The notes below the pieces were generated by a model. That model was not told the DNA's origin. It saw only the letters and a program-made list of their open reading frames with translations, and did not search any database. 64,000 nucleotides of DNA from NCBI RefSeq assembly GCF_006345805.1, contig NC_043017.1, forward strand, positions 6,076,001-6,140,000, in the 5' to 3' direction. How positions within the stretch are numbered: the first letter of the stretch is position 1; each line of letters begins with the position of its first letter. Source of the stretch: Octopus sinensis. Lineage: Eukaryota. The position numbers and the translations under genes are program-made. Positions 38,253-51,987 of this stretch are shown here, piece by piece.

Positions 38253-40439
38253 GGGAATGCATATATAGCACTAATGTCTATGTCATCATCATCACCATCA
38301 TCACCATCATTGTTATCATCATCCTTATCATCATCATCATCACATCATCATCATCATCACCATATCATCATCATCATCACCATATCATCATCATCATCAT
38401 CATTGCCATCACCATCATCATCATCGCCATCACCATCATCATCATCATCATCATCATCACCATCTTTATCATCATCATTGTTTTCCATGTTTGATAGAAG
38501 CTGGCAAGGCCAGGGACCACATCAGGCAACATCGTCTGTTTTGGCATGGTTCCTACAGTTGGGTGACCTTCCAAATGTGAAGAACTTAACAGAGTGTGCA
38601 GGATACTCTTTACGCAGCACCAGTGCTTTTTACACGGCACCATCAGCAGTGTTTTTTACTCAACACCCGCACCAGTGCTTTTTATGTGGCACCATCATCG
38701 ACAGGGTTACCAAATACCTTGCAAGAGGAAAAAGAACCCTCAACTAGGAGGGGGAAGTAGTATTAAATGGAATCCCAGGAAGATGGCTTTGTGCTAATTG
38801 AGAGCTTAAAAATACAGAGAGAGACAGAGAGAGGTGTTTTGCTTTAAAGTAGATACAAAGATAGCCCAGTTGGAAAAGAAAAAGGAAAGGGAATTTGTTT
38901 ACATTGCTTTTGAAAGGAAATGAAACACAAATAGAGTATTTTGTTAGAAATATCATTGAGGAAGAATGAAACCAAATCGGACTAAGGCATCGAAAGATGT
39001 TAATATGGTCATGCAGAAAACAGTGCATTAACACCAAGATACTGTCTTATCATTCATTAGACTATTGTTTATCTATTGTGATACGAAATAAGTAAATGTA
39101 AGTCAAGTAATTTGTCTTCAGTTGCTCAAATACTAATGGTTGTATTTCTTATTTCTATTACAGAGATGGAAAAGTCATTTTGATAAGGTAAGGTTATATA
39201 TTCACATATATATAAGTAAATAAATATGCATGTATACAATCATACATACATTTGGAAGTGGAAGGAGATGGAGTAGTGGTATTTGGGGTAGGAGAGTGCC
39301 AAGATGGCCAATGTATATGTATATGTTTGTGTTTGGTGGTATCTGTGTGCATGTGTGTTTGTGTTTATGTGAGTGATGTGCATATGAGAATGTGAGGCAA
39401 TATATATATATATATGTGTATATATATATTGTGATTTTTTTCCATCTGTCTAAATGTTTTCCCAAATAAATATGCACTTCCTTTTAGAAGCTTCAAAGAA
39501 ACTATAAGCTGATGCACAAGCATTTAGCTCTGAGCACATTGCATTTTATTGCAGAAACGGCTGTAAGCTAATGAAGTTGATAATATAATTCCATATCACT
39601 TTTCATTTCTTTAATTTCATACAACACTCTGTACTCAACTAATGATATATTCTGAAACATATGCATATTGAGATCTAACAGTAGGTTATCATTGTTGCTT
39701 TGCCTAATCAAAATCTGCAAATATATGAGCACACACAAACACACACACGACTAGCCTGGTAATAACAAATGCTTTGATTAATTTCTTTTATTTGAAAAGG
39801 GGAATTTTTCCCCAAAATATTATTGGATCATTAAACAACTTACGCATGGTAATTCGATATCTTTTGTTCTTGATTTTATTCACAGTCATTACCTTACATA
39901 TTTTACCTAACTCTTCACCTGCATTTCATAATGGTTTTTATTTTTCTAAACATTCTGATGTACATGTATTGCAATGCTTCGAGCAAATGACAATACATTT
40001 ATGTATACATAGATACATAGAAACACACACACACACACAAACACTCTTCTGGTATATTACAAGAGATGGCAGTTCTAAAGATCAAAGCCGTATAATTGAA
40101 GTAGAATATATATAATAAGCGGGCACCTATTTTCTAGTTGTTTCTCACAAAAACCAAAAGCTTTATATTAAAATCTGATTTGTTATTTGCATTCAGTTAT
40201 AGATGTTAGGCAGGTGTGGCATGCTTTGCAATAATTCAGGAAAGGCGGCTTATATCTTTTGTCTTTCATCTTTTGCTTGTTTCAGTCATTAGACTGCAGC
40301 CATTCTGGAGCATCACCTTGCAGAATTTTAGTCAAACGAATCGACTACAGTAGTTTAATTTTTGTAAATACCCCGGTACTTATGTTATTAGCCTATTTTG
40401 CTGAATTGCTAAGTTGGAGGGATGTATATATATATATAA

Positions 40440-40650
40440 AGTTAATCCAAACAAGAAAGCACAAAAAAAACACAACAACGCGAGGACATGGAACAAATAT
40501 AGTATTATTGGACGCTCAGGAAAGAAGGAAAGAAGGAGGGTTTAACGTTTCGAGCGGAGCTCTTCGTCGGAAACATAGGAGAAGGAAAGATCCAGAGAAG
40601 GGAAGACAGAGGAAAAAAAATTGCCAACGGTACACACGAGGTCACATTTA
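40440..40650 (-). mobile_element. Penelope-like terminal fragment with minimal hammerhead-like motif (40540-40574)
   Basis: Minus strand GTTT-CCGACGA-AGAGC-TCC-GCTC-GAAA-CG-TT-AAAC; (TA)n on both sides. Confidence 0.7.
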
Positions 40651-40668
40651 CACATATATATATATATT

Positions 40669-40975
40669 ATGGCTGACCCCTCATTATCGAGTATGGCCAT
40701 TGCACGAAGCTTAACTGTTATTGGTGCTGTGATCGAATGTGACTTTTTAGCCAGCCAAAGATCTACAATGTCTTGTACAAAATTGGCAACTAAAACCTTT
40801 ACCGGTAATAGCTGGCTGTAGTTGTAACTGGGCTTCATGTACCTTTGCGTGTCGTTTAAGTCCTCCTGCCGAATTACACTCTCTTCCACATGCCCGACAG
40901 ATATGATTAGTATGGTGTGTTACACCACCAGTGGCCACGTTGTCACTCATCTGTCTCGCTTTATGACTACGATGG
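40669..40975 (-). mobile_element. RTE-like LINE 3' end encoding two C2H2-type zinc fingers (frameshifted)
   Basis: CRACGRECNSAGGLKRHAKVH and CQFCTRHCRSLAG/LKSHIRSQH*, then a short 3' UTR ATGGCCATACTCGATAATGAGGGGTCAGCCAT running into a microsatellite. Confidence 0.65.
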
Positions 40976-41460
40976 AGAAATTATACAAAATATATAAGTA
41001 GATGATGAGTAAAGCACCAACACAGTTTCGATTACCTGTTGTTATCCATAGATTTATTGTAGGAACTTCGTAGTGGCAGTAGGGGTAACATTGTTACTAT
41101 TATGCAAAAGTATTGTAAGTCCAAAACGTTACTTTTTCAGAAAATGAATAAACAGTTTCACCATTCCATAGCAAAACCGTTGTACTACACTTTGACAATT
41201 TTTGATATCTTGGCATCTGAAGCAGCTGGAAATACGATAGCTTGACCAAAAGAACCAGCTATTGCAGACAAAAATAAATATTCAAAAAACAACATTTGGC
41301 CAAATTTGGTCATACAATAGTCTCACATAATAGGAACAATATATACATACATACATATATATATATTATATATATATATATATTATATATATATATATAT
41401 TATATATATATATAGGAATAAATAAATGGAGTTTAACGCAAGTGTAAATCAAATATTTTT

Positions 41461-41546
41461 ACTTTCGACACATGTTTCGAAAATTCCACTGATACTATTC
41501 AAAAGAATAAATGGTATAAACAATGCAATCTTCTCCTCAGGAAAGT
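41461..41546 (-). ncRNA. Type I hammerhead ribozyme motif, best-preserved copy
   Basis: Minus strand ACTTTC-CTGAGGA-GAAGATTGCATTG...CAGTGGAATTTTC-GAAA-CATGTG-TC-GAAAGT. 6-bp stem I, G-C-closed long stem II, GUC cleavage triplet. Confidence 0.82.
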
Positions 41547-41773
41547 GAAAAAAACGAAACTCGCCAATAAGATATTTTAGCAAAAAATTATGGATTTGTA
41601 TAGCGATTGACAGAACGCTATTAATAATGTTTAAAAAAAGTGTTATATGATATAACGTCATAAGTAGCTAACAAATTTTTGCTACCCTGGTAACTATTTA
41701 TTTATTTTTTCTGTGTTAATTGTTAACAAGGTAAAAATACACTCATCTATGTATATATATATATACACTCATC

Positions 41774-41811
<38 letters not shown>

Positions 41812-41858
41812 CATATATGAAAGAAGGTTTGAAAATGTAATCTTAAAGATGTTTATTC

Positions 41859-41900
41859 ACTTGACCGGTTTCACTTGATTAGAAAAAGATTGTCAAAAGT
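41859..41900 (-). ncRNA. Decayed minimal hammerhead motif
   Basis: Minus strand ACTT-TTGACAA-TCTT-tttctaatc-AAGT-GAAA-CCGG-TC-AAGT; two core substitutions; lies in a short insert between (TA)n tracts. Confidence 0.5.
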
Positions 41901-42008
41901 AAAATGTATATATACATATATATATATTAACACATAAATATGTAAATATGTATTTATTTATGTGTGTCTAGATGTATACATAAACACGTGTATGTATATA
42001 TATATATA

Positions 42009-42322
42009 ACAATTGCAGCTTGGAAGGTGTTTATAAGCCATTTAAGAAACACACAAAACTGTTAGATTCACTTCAACATTTAAATTTGATTTGTCAAAAT
42101 ATTTTCGTTTGCTTTGAGATGCAGCATGAAGCTTTATCAGTGAACAAGTCGCGGTCTCAAAGCAACGAAAATATTTTGACAAATTAAATTTAAATGTTGA
42201 AGTGAATCTAACAGTTTTTGTGTGTTTCTTAATGGCTTATAAACACCTTCTACGCTGCAATTGTCTTCGTTCCATCACACGATCTCAGATCAAGTCACTT
42301 GCTATGCAAGTACATCTCCGTA
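42009..42322 (+). mobile_element. Inverted-arm element in (TA)n
   Basis: 42009-42119 is the reverse complement of 42156-42264, followed by a unique tail to GTACATCTCCGTAA(TA)n; same family as 16735-16995. Confidence 0.8.
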
Positions 42323-42726
42323 ATATATATATATATATATATATAATATATATATATATGCACACACACACATATATATAAGGGTGTGTATACAGAAAAA
42401 GTGAAATGGTTTATTTGATTCTCTCCTGTATAATTGGCTACAAAAAACACAGAGTAATGCTGCAGAAGAATTTGACAATATCAAAAAGGGGAGGATGATG
42501 TTTTTTAAATAAGGTATATTCCAGAAGAATCCTTTCAGAAATTGTACAGAGTGAAATAACAAAATAATGACAGCTTGGGAAAATAATTGATGTAAAATAA
42601 ATATGAAAATATAAATAAGAAAAGTTTTAAATGGTAAAAGAAAAGAGGTGTAACTGTGGCATGTGTGTATGTTTATATGTGCATTTATGTGTATGCGTGC
42701 ATGTATGTGTACATACATATATACAC

Positions 42727-42770
<44 letters not shown>

Positions 42771-42771
42771 C

Positions 42772-42805
<34 letters not shown>

Positions 42806-44179
42806 GTAAATTTATAGGTACATTTTATATATATATATATATATACACATATATCTGCATATATTCATGTAAGCTATACATACATACATACATACGTATA
42901 TACACACACACACACGTGCACACAATGTAAATGAAGACATCAAAAGAAAAGAACTGGAAACAAAGTTTAAAAAAAAATTAGTAAATAGTAAATAAAAACA
43001 AATGTTTCTTGTTGCTGCTCACGGTGGAAGAGATGAGGTTGTCGTTGGGGAAGGTTAGCTTGATTTAACCCTGCAGCCTCTATTGATGAGTCAGATATAA
43101 TTGGTGAGATATGTCGACCTTAGGGTATAGCAATATAATATTACTTCACATGAAAGGTAGGTAGGTAGCAGCTAGGTCTTTTTAATACATCACTGGGGGT
43201 TTCTCTTTATCTCTTTTTGCTGCACACTTAATAACCTTTTGTGTAATGTGTCAATGTGGAACCACAACCTGCTATGTAAAATGAAAAGAAGAAATAACAT
43301 AGGCACCCACCTCCTTGACATCATCATCATCATCATCGTTTAATATCTGTTTTCCATGCCGGAATGGGTTGGATGGTTTGGCAGGGAGCTGGTAAGCCAG
43401 AGAATACAACCAAGCTCCAATTGTCTACTTTGGTACGGGTTCCACAACAGGATATTTGCTGTTCTTCAAAGCATTGTCTTTTTTACAATATCATAATCCT
43501 GCAACAAATTCCAATTGTGTCAAGGTGTTTCTGAAGGCTTTTCATCACCAACTCAAGTGCTCCAATCACAAGCCTTGCTCAAGGACACAACATGTCATGG
43601 GAAATTGAACTTATGACCTTACAGTCGTGAATTAAATGCCCTAACCATTAAGCCATGCACCTTCACTGTTATTACTATTATTAAGGAAATGAGTTGGCAG
43701 ACTCATTAGCATGCTGAGCAAAAATGCTTAATGGCATTTTGTCAATCCTTATGAAATTCCACTGAGAACAACTTTGCCTTTCATCCTTTCAGGGTCGAGG
43801 AAATAAGTACCAGTTATGCACCAGGGTTGATGTAATCAACTTTACCCCCCCCCCCCACTGGCTGGCATGGATTGAACAGTTTGACAGGAGCTGGCAAGTC
43901 AGAGAGTTGCACTGGCTCCCTTGTTATTTTGGCATGGTCTTTTTGACAAGATGCCCTTCTTAATACCATCTGCCTTACAGAAAGTACTGGATGCTTTTTG
44001 TATCCTTTTTATGCGACACCAACCCCAGCAGGGTCACCAAGTAATTGGAGAGATGAATTCCTCAGCTGAGAAAGGGAGTGGAACAGTGGTAAGCAGCTTT
44101 GTGCCAGGTGAGAGGCTAGAATATAACAGAGGGATAGAGATGGGGTGTCTTACTATGGAGGAGATATAGAGTGGGACAG

Positions 44180-44540
44180 ACAGGATGGGCGTTTTTGAAA
44201 AATTTCACAAAATCGTTAATTTTAGCTGCAAATAATTTTTATTGATACCAATGTGTTCGTATTGAATTAGTATTTGTCAAAATCAAGTGCAGAAAACATC
44301 AATCATTTAGTGTCCGTTTCCATTGATGTATTTTCTGAAGGTGTTCTTGGAAGTTGGTCTCCATTCTCTCCAGCATTGCTTTGTTGACCACCCCCCACCA
44401 GTCTCCTATTCATTAGTGTACCTTGTGTACGAAATGCATTCACCCAACGTAAGATTGTGTTACGGGTGGGAACAGCCTGATTTCGGTGAATGTTGAAGTG
44501 GCACCGAAACTCCCATTGTTATCTTAAAAATTGACACGCC
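44180..44540 (-). mobile_element. Internally deleted Tc1/mariner-superfamily transposon
   Basis: QWEFRCHFNIHRNQAVPTRNTILRWVNAFRTQGTLMNRR (DUF4817-like N-terminal HTH) joined directly to a C-terminal remnant NKAMLERMETNFQEHLQK...NGNGH. Confidence 0.7.
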
Positions 44541-45926
44541 AGGGAACAATTTGCAGAGGTAAAATACAGGGTGGCCATGGTTGGCTTGATTGTCTTTGAT
44601 CATAGTTCAACATGCAGATCGTGGTCGACTTGGGGTTAAATAACCACAATGTTCACCATCATCATCATCATTCAATGTTCGTTTTCCATGCTGGCATTGG
44701 TTGGATGGTTTGACAGTAGCTGGTAAGTCTGGGGGGCCACATCAGGCTCCATTGTTTGCGCCAGCATCATTTCTACTACAGGGTGCCCTTCCTAATGCCA
44801 ACCACTTTACAGAGTGTACTGGGTGCTTTTTATGTGGTACCAGCACCAGTGCTTTTTACATGATAAACAAATTTAAGAGTTTAATTTGTATCAAAGACTG
44901 ACTACAGATTGCACTAGAAAATTTGCTATGGGCGCCTTCTGCATGAGGAATATAGAGTTAAATGTGAGCTAGCATGTAATGGGTTGAAAATGTTATTTTT
45001 TTAATCATTTAAAATTACACCTGCAATTGGAAGAATGTTAATTAGTGTTAATGAAAATTACTCTCCAAGGAGCCATGGTAGAGAAGGTGCTAGAAGTAGA
45101 AACTAAATCTCCTTCAAATCACACCATTATTATCTTAAATAAGGAAAGCGGACATTAGATAATGTAGTTAGAGTTACTCCACAAAAGACAAGATGGTCAT
45201 GGATGGAATGGATTTGATCAGAAGTCTAGTGGATCAGGTCTGACCTGGGGCTAAACAGCACCAACGTAGATACAATTAGAACAGTATTTAATTGCCTTCT
45301 GAAACAGATTTTGGAATTTAAAGATCAATTTTGATATTTTAATCAATTCTTGGATGGTTTTCTAATGAATCGTGGCACACTTTTACAATAAATTCTGCCT
45401 GCTTTTTATAATAATTGGACAATTAATTAATTGATCATTAAGCTAGGATTGATTAGCAAAGCAATTTGTGAATACTTCTTTTTTTAACAAGAAAAAAAAA
45501 AGAAAAAAATATTCAACACAACACGGAGTTAGAAACCAGGGAATTACAGCATAAAATGTGCTAATGAAGTAGCAAATAGGAAGATGTGAGACCTGCTAGA
45601 AATAGCAGCTATAAGTCACTCATGTCTTAAGAAAGAAGGACTAACTACACTATGTCTCAATAACAAACATGATGATCATGGTTGGAGTATTTTTAACCTT
45701 GAGTCTTTTGAATCAGTGTTGACTGCAGTTAAACAGCTACTTTTTACAATACAGGTGCAGAAGTGGTTGTGTGGTAAGTAGCATGCTTACCAACCACATG
45801 GTCCCGGGTTCAGTCCCACTGCATGGCACTTTGAGCAAATGTCTTCTACTATAGCCTCGGGCCAACCAAAGCCTCGTGAGTGGATTTGGTAGACGGAAAC
45901 TGAAAGAAGCCCTTCGTATATATATG

Positions 45927-45970
<44 letters not shown>

Positions 45971-46620
45971 GTATGTGTGTATATGTTTGTGTTTGTGTTT
46001 GTCCCCACAACATCGCTTCACAACCGATGCTGGTGTGTTTACATCCCCGTAACTTAGCGGTTCACATTATAAAATGTGTCAGGAGTTGAAGTGACTGCAG
46101 AGCAATGTGAAATGAAGTGTTGTGCTCAAGAAGGCTATGCATCACCTAGTCCAGGAATTGAACCTACAATCTCATGATCATAAGTGCAATTCACTAACCA
46201 CAATGTCTTACTCATGCATACATAATATATATATATATATGATATATCATGGCCCTCCATCGGTTATGATGATGAGGGTTCCAGTTGATCCGATCTACTG
46301 AACAGCCTGCTCATGAAATTAACTTGCTAGTGGCTGAGCACTCCGCAGACATGTGTACCCTTAATGTAGTTCTCGGGGAGATTCAGCATGACACAGAGTG
46401 TGACAAAGCTGGCCCTTTGAAATACAGGTACAACAGAAACAGGAAGAAAGAGTGAGAGAAAGTTGTGGTAAAAGAGTACAGAAGGGTCTGCTCCACCCTT
46501 GCCAGAACCTTGTGGAGCTTTAAGTGTTTTCGCTCAATAAACACTCATAATGTCCAGTCTGAGAATCGAAACAGCGATCCTATGACCACTGCCCTAACCA
46601 CTGGGTCATTGCACTTCCAC

Positions 46621-46651
<31 letters not shown>

Positions 46652-47031
46652 TCACACACACACACACATAAAGTAAGCTCTCAAAATTCGAAGTCAGTTC
46701 ATCCAGGGTATCTATTTCCTCATTCTACAGCTTTCTGCCAAGTTGGTGAGTTAAATTCTTTGTTCGTAGCCTGATTTCTGTTCTACTTGTTATATTTCCA
46801 GAGATATGTAGTTGTTTCGAGGATTTTTTGAATCTAATTTTCACAACGATACTGGCATCTCGTTTGCCCTATCATAATTAAAAATTAATTATAAAATTTT
46901 GGATTTGCCATTTATCAGCATTTTGCTTGCTGGACACTTTTATTATTGTTGTTATATTATTCATTTTACTAATGATAACAATTAATGATAATGATATCTG
47001 TATAAATATTTTCGAATATTTATTCATTTAG

Positions 47032-47072
<41 letters not shown>

Positions 47073-47561
47073 TATATTTAATTAAGGTTCAGTTGAATTA
47101 CATACTTAAATTGAGGCACCTTGCTAGGTTGGTATAATCCACACACCCAAACAGTATTATTTGAACATTGAATATCAAGACTCCGTGTAGGGATGTTTGT
47201 ACCTAATATTCCTGCTGTGTGTTGCAGACAACGCAACCCAGCTAAGTGAAAATATCCACTCTAGGTAATTCAGACATTTACATTTTAAAAGGTTCCTTCC
47301 ATAAGTATTTCCAAAGTGCAGATTCCAAGTTAGGTGAATAAAATATACTTTTCTACTCTTGGCACAAGGCCCGAAAATTTTGGGGAGGATTCCAGTCGAT
47401 TACATCGACCCTAGTTTGCAACTGGTATTTATTTTATTGACCCAGTAAGGATGATAGGCAAAGCCAACCTCGGCAGAATTTGAACTCAGACGAAATACCA
47501 CTAAACATTTCGCCCGGCTTGCAAACAATTCTGCCAGCTCACCACTTTAGGTGAATAAAAT

Positions 47562-48213
47562 ATAAGTGAATAACAAAGATGTACAGGTGTCAATTAATTA
47601 GCACCCTTTCAAGTGGCTCTTTATCAAAATAAGTATTGACCATCCCTATCCCTTTTTTTTTCCCAATTATCACCCCTTCCCCATCAGGCATTTCTACTAA
47701 CCCTACAACCTACTCTTTTCTGTAGGTGAAGCTAGATATATGGTTCCAGTACTTTGAGAGTCTAGTAGATTGTCTGACACTAATTGATTTATCACCATTA
47801 ACTAGAATACAGTTGACAGCTCCCAACAGATTTCATTCTATATGGTTGAAGACTACATTCTCCATAAAGTCTTCTTGATATAAGTAACTGGGTCACCTCT
47901 CTTTCTCCTGACCCCCTACTGTTTCTTCTGCTAGATTTCTAAATTATAATAGACCTAACAAGCTATGCATTATTTTCTAAACTCATTCTGCCACAGATAT
48001 GACAAAAGAAACAATGTAAATATTTTCAGTTCCATTATTGATGTGAATGTATTAAGGAAACGGTTGTATCCTTTATGTTGAAAGTCTGTGCAGTCATCTG
48101 ATTCGAACGGTTTCTTCTTTCAAATGATGTAATGTTTTCATTAAGCAATTAAAGGAATCACTTGAAATGGCCATAATGAATTGACACCTGTACACCTTTG
48201 TTACTCACTTATA
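47562..48213. repeat. Segment bounded by a ~37-bp inverted repeat
   Basis: ATAAGTGAATAACAAAGATGTACAGGTGTCAATT versus AATTGACACCTGTACACCTTTGTTACTCACTTAT. Confidence 0.55.
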
Positions 48214-49481
48214 TACATATATGTGGAAAAAAGTCAAGGCAGAAAGTGCTAAAATAATTTTATAAAAAACATTTCAGTACTGGTTTATTTATATATCTAT
48301 ATATATATATATATATATAATATATATAATGTTTGTGTGTGTGTGTGTGGAAGCGCAATGGCCAATGGTTAGGGCAGTGGACTCGCGGTCATAGGATTGC
48401 GATTTCAATTCCCAGACCAGGTGTTGTGAGTGTTTATTGAGCGGAAACACCTAAAGCTCCATGAGGCTCCAGCAGGGGATAGTGGCAATCCCTGCTGTAC
48501 TCTTTCACCACAACTTTCTCTCACTCTTTCTTCTGTTGGCCTGCTCACTTAGCCAGTGGGGTGGCGTCATTTAAAAGCTAAAACAATGCGAAGCGCATTG
48601 TGACCAGCGATGTGTAGCAACATCTGATAGCCTTTTCGGTCATGGTGATCATATATATTAAATATAATATCTAATGTACTAAAAATACCATTTTCTAGAC
48701 ATTTAAGATTTAAGTTTGTATATAGCATCAAAAACAATTGTACACATGTAGGCGTAGGAGTGACTGTGTGGTAAGTAGCGTGGCACCTTGGGCAAGTGTC
48801 TTCTACTATAGCCTCGGGCTGACCTAAGCCTTGTGAGTGGATTTGGCAGATGGAAACTGAAAGAAGCCCATCGTATATATGTATATATATGTGTTTGTGT
48901 GTGTATATGTTTGTATGTCTGTGTTCTTCCACCCAACATCGCTTGACAACTGATGCTGGTGTGTTTGCATCACCATCACTTAGCGGTTCGGCAAAAGAGA
49001 CAGATAGAATAAGTACTAGGCTTACAAAGAATAAGTCCTGGGGTCGATTTGCTCGACTAAAGGCGGTGCTCCAGCACGGCCGCAGTCACATGACTAAAAC
49101 AAGTAAAAGAGCAAAAGAGGTTGAGCATCCAACCTGGCTCAACACGGCTCCGATGCCTTTCTATGAATTCCAACACTTTCCCTGCTTTGCTGTTTGGCTG
49201 GCCGACACCTCACCAGTTCAAGTCTCAGGAGACTCGTGAATTTTAATTTTCAATATTAGAATGGATTAATAGTGAATTGCAGGATTGCTGTGGAATAAAT
49301 AGTGGGATGGTTTCATTAGGAATTACGTGAAGGAATGGATTTATAATGAATTTCAGAGATAGATTTATAATTTATTGTTATTCTCTTTTGTATTGCACTT
49401 GGGAAAATTGGAACATTCTCTTAACTCTATGGGAAGAAACAGAGAAACACCACCAGTACTGTACTTATACTTATTGACAAA

Positions 49482-49482
<1 letters not shown>

Positions 49483-49526
<44 letters not shown>

Positions 49527-49664
49527 TTGTATATACACACGTACATATATGAATATATGTATATGCATATGTATATACATATATGTACATACACAAACAC
49601 ACACATATATATATGTATATGCATATATACATACACACACATATATTTATGTATATATATATAC

Positions 49665-49695
<31 letters not shown>

Positions 49696-49704
49696 TGCAT
49701 ATGC

Positions 49705-49735
<31 letters not shown>

Positions 49736-49893
49736 ATATATATAATATATATATATATATTGTGCATATATATATATATATATATAATATATATATATAT
49801 ATGCACATATATATATATATATTATATAATATATATATATATATGTGCATATATATATATATATATATGTGCATATATATATATATATATATA

Positions 49894-49926
<33 letters not shown>

Positions 49927-49932
49927 GTGCAT

Positions 49933-49998
<66 letters not shown>

Positions 49999-50155
49999 GT
50001 GCATATATATATAATATGTGCATATATATATATATATTATACATATATATTTATGCGTGTGTGTGTGTGGACATACACATATATTTAGAAACACATACAA
50101 ATACACTCATATATATATATATATATATATATGCATGTGCATATAACTGTCTGTG

Positions 50156-50200
<45 letters not shown>

Positions 50201-51400
50201 TTATGTGTGTGTGTATATGTATCTGTATATATATGTATGTGTATGTATATATGTATAAATATGTGTATATGTATGTATGTATATATATACACACACACGT
50301 GTGTGTGAGTGTGTGTGTAAGTAAGTAAATATGTAAATAAATGAGATGAATGACAAAACAAATGAAAATGAATATGAGACAACATTAATCAAATAAATTT
50401 GATTAAATAACTTTAAGGAAACTGAATGTAATTAAATAAAAAGGTGCAATCAAATAAGATCAAATTATTCGTGTGTGTGCATGTGTGTGTGTGTGCTTGT
50501 AGGAGTGTATAAGTTTGTGTATGTGATGTCTATGTGTCTCTAAGTCTGTGTACGTGTGTAAGTGTATGTGTATGTAAATGCATGTGTGTGTCTGAGTATG
50601 TAACACAGTGTGGGTGTGTTTCAATCAGTGTGTGTGTGTGTGTGAATACATCTGTTTTTGTATGTATGTATGTGTGTGTGAGTTTGAGTCTGATTCAGTG
50701 TATATGTGTCAGACTGTGTATGTGTGTGTGTATTATTGCATGAGAGCTTGTTTCTGTATATGCATATAAGCGTGTGACTATATATATTTGCGTGTGTGTG
50801 TGTACAAATATATCTATATTTGTATGTGTAATCATGTATATGAGTGTATGTCTGTGTATGTTGGTATTTATATATATGTATATATGTGAATATACCTATA
50901 TATGTATGTCTGTGTCTTTTTTTGTATATGTGTGCATCTGTATGCATGCTTGTGTATTTGTATATATATATATGTGTGTGTGTGTATATGTATGTATATA
51001 TATATATATATATATATATCATTATCATCATCGAAAGTGGATGTTAAACAACGATGATGATGATGATATATATATACATTTGTATGTGTCTATGTTAGCA
51101 CCCATACAGATGTATCAATATATATATATATATCTATATATATATGCACACACACATATATATGCATACACATATGTACATACACACACATACATATATA
51201 CACATATATACACACAAGTAGACACACACATACAAACACATGTATAGTCGTGACAGAAATCCATATTTTGTCACACATATGCACACGAATGTTTACACCA
51301 CTGCACATATGAACATGCACACACTTACATGCATACACATAGAAAGAAAGATACAAATCTGTCCACACACACACACACAGACTAATACACACACGCATAC
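49483..51400. repeat. (TA)n/(TG)n/(CA)n compound microsatellite region
   Basis: Direct reading; includes a higher-order (TA)nTGTGCA unit at 49760-50030. Confidence 0.92.
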
Positions 51401-51560
51401 ACATATTTTAATTTCAATACCATTTTTCTCATTTCATGACAAGCTGAAAATGGAAATTTATAAAATTGGAAACAAAGTCACAAATATAAAAATCATGAAA
51501 TAATTAATACCAACAATGAACCATATTTTAGCAACAATAGTAATGATAGCAATAATAATG

Positions 51561-51600
<40 letters not shown>

Positions 51601-51718
51601 TAACAATAATGATGATGACGATGGTGATGGTTTCTTTTATTGGTCACAGGAGTCCAAGATATTGAAGACAATATAAAACATGAAATATAGAACACAGGAA
51701 TGAGGTTTGACATAGTGA

Positions 51719-51752
<34 letters not shown>

Positions 51753-51987
51753 GGTGGCAGCGGCAACAACAACAATAATAATAATAATAATGATGATGAT
51801 GGTAATGATAATAATAATATTCTCTATTATAGTCACAAAGCCTGAAATTTTCAGGGAGGGGGTAAGTTGATTACGTCGATCCCAGTGCATAACTGGTACT
51901 TATTTAATTGAAAAGACTAAAGGCATAGTCGACAATAATAATAACAAAAGTGGATGAAAAACAAAAAGAATACAATTCTTTAGAATT

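Noticed and set aside
40747-40950. Host C2H2 zinc-finger gene
   Set aside because: Frameshift in the second finger, no TGEKP-type linker, and a LINE-like 3' end; treated as a retrotransposon fragment.
42009-42264. Classification of the inverted-arm elements as DNA-transposon MITEs
   Set aside because: The arms are asymmetric (one continues into a shared unique tail), no superfamily-type termini are evident, and related architectures carry hammerheads, which fits Penelope-like inverted ends better.
43075-43120. Possible hammerhead TTGATGA-GTCAG...TTGGT-GAGA-TATG-TC
   Set aside because: Several core mismatches and no stem I; indistinguishable from chance.
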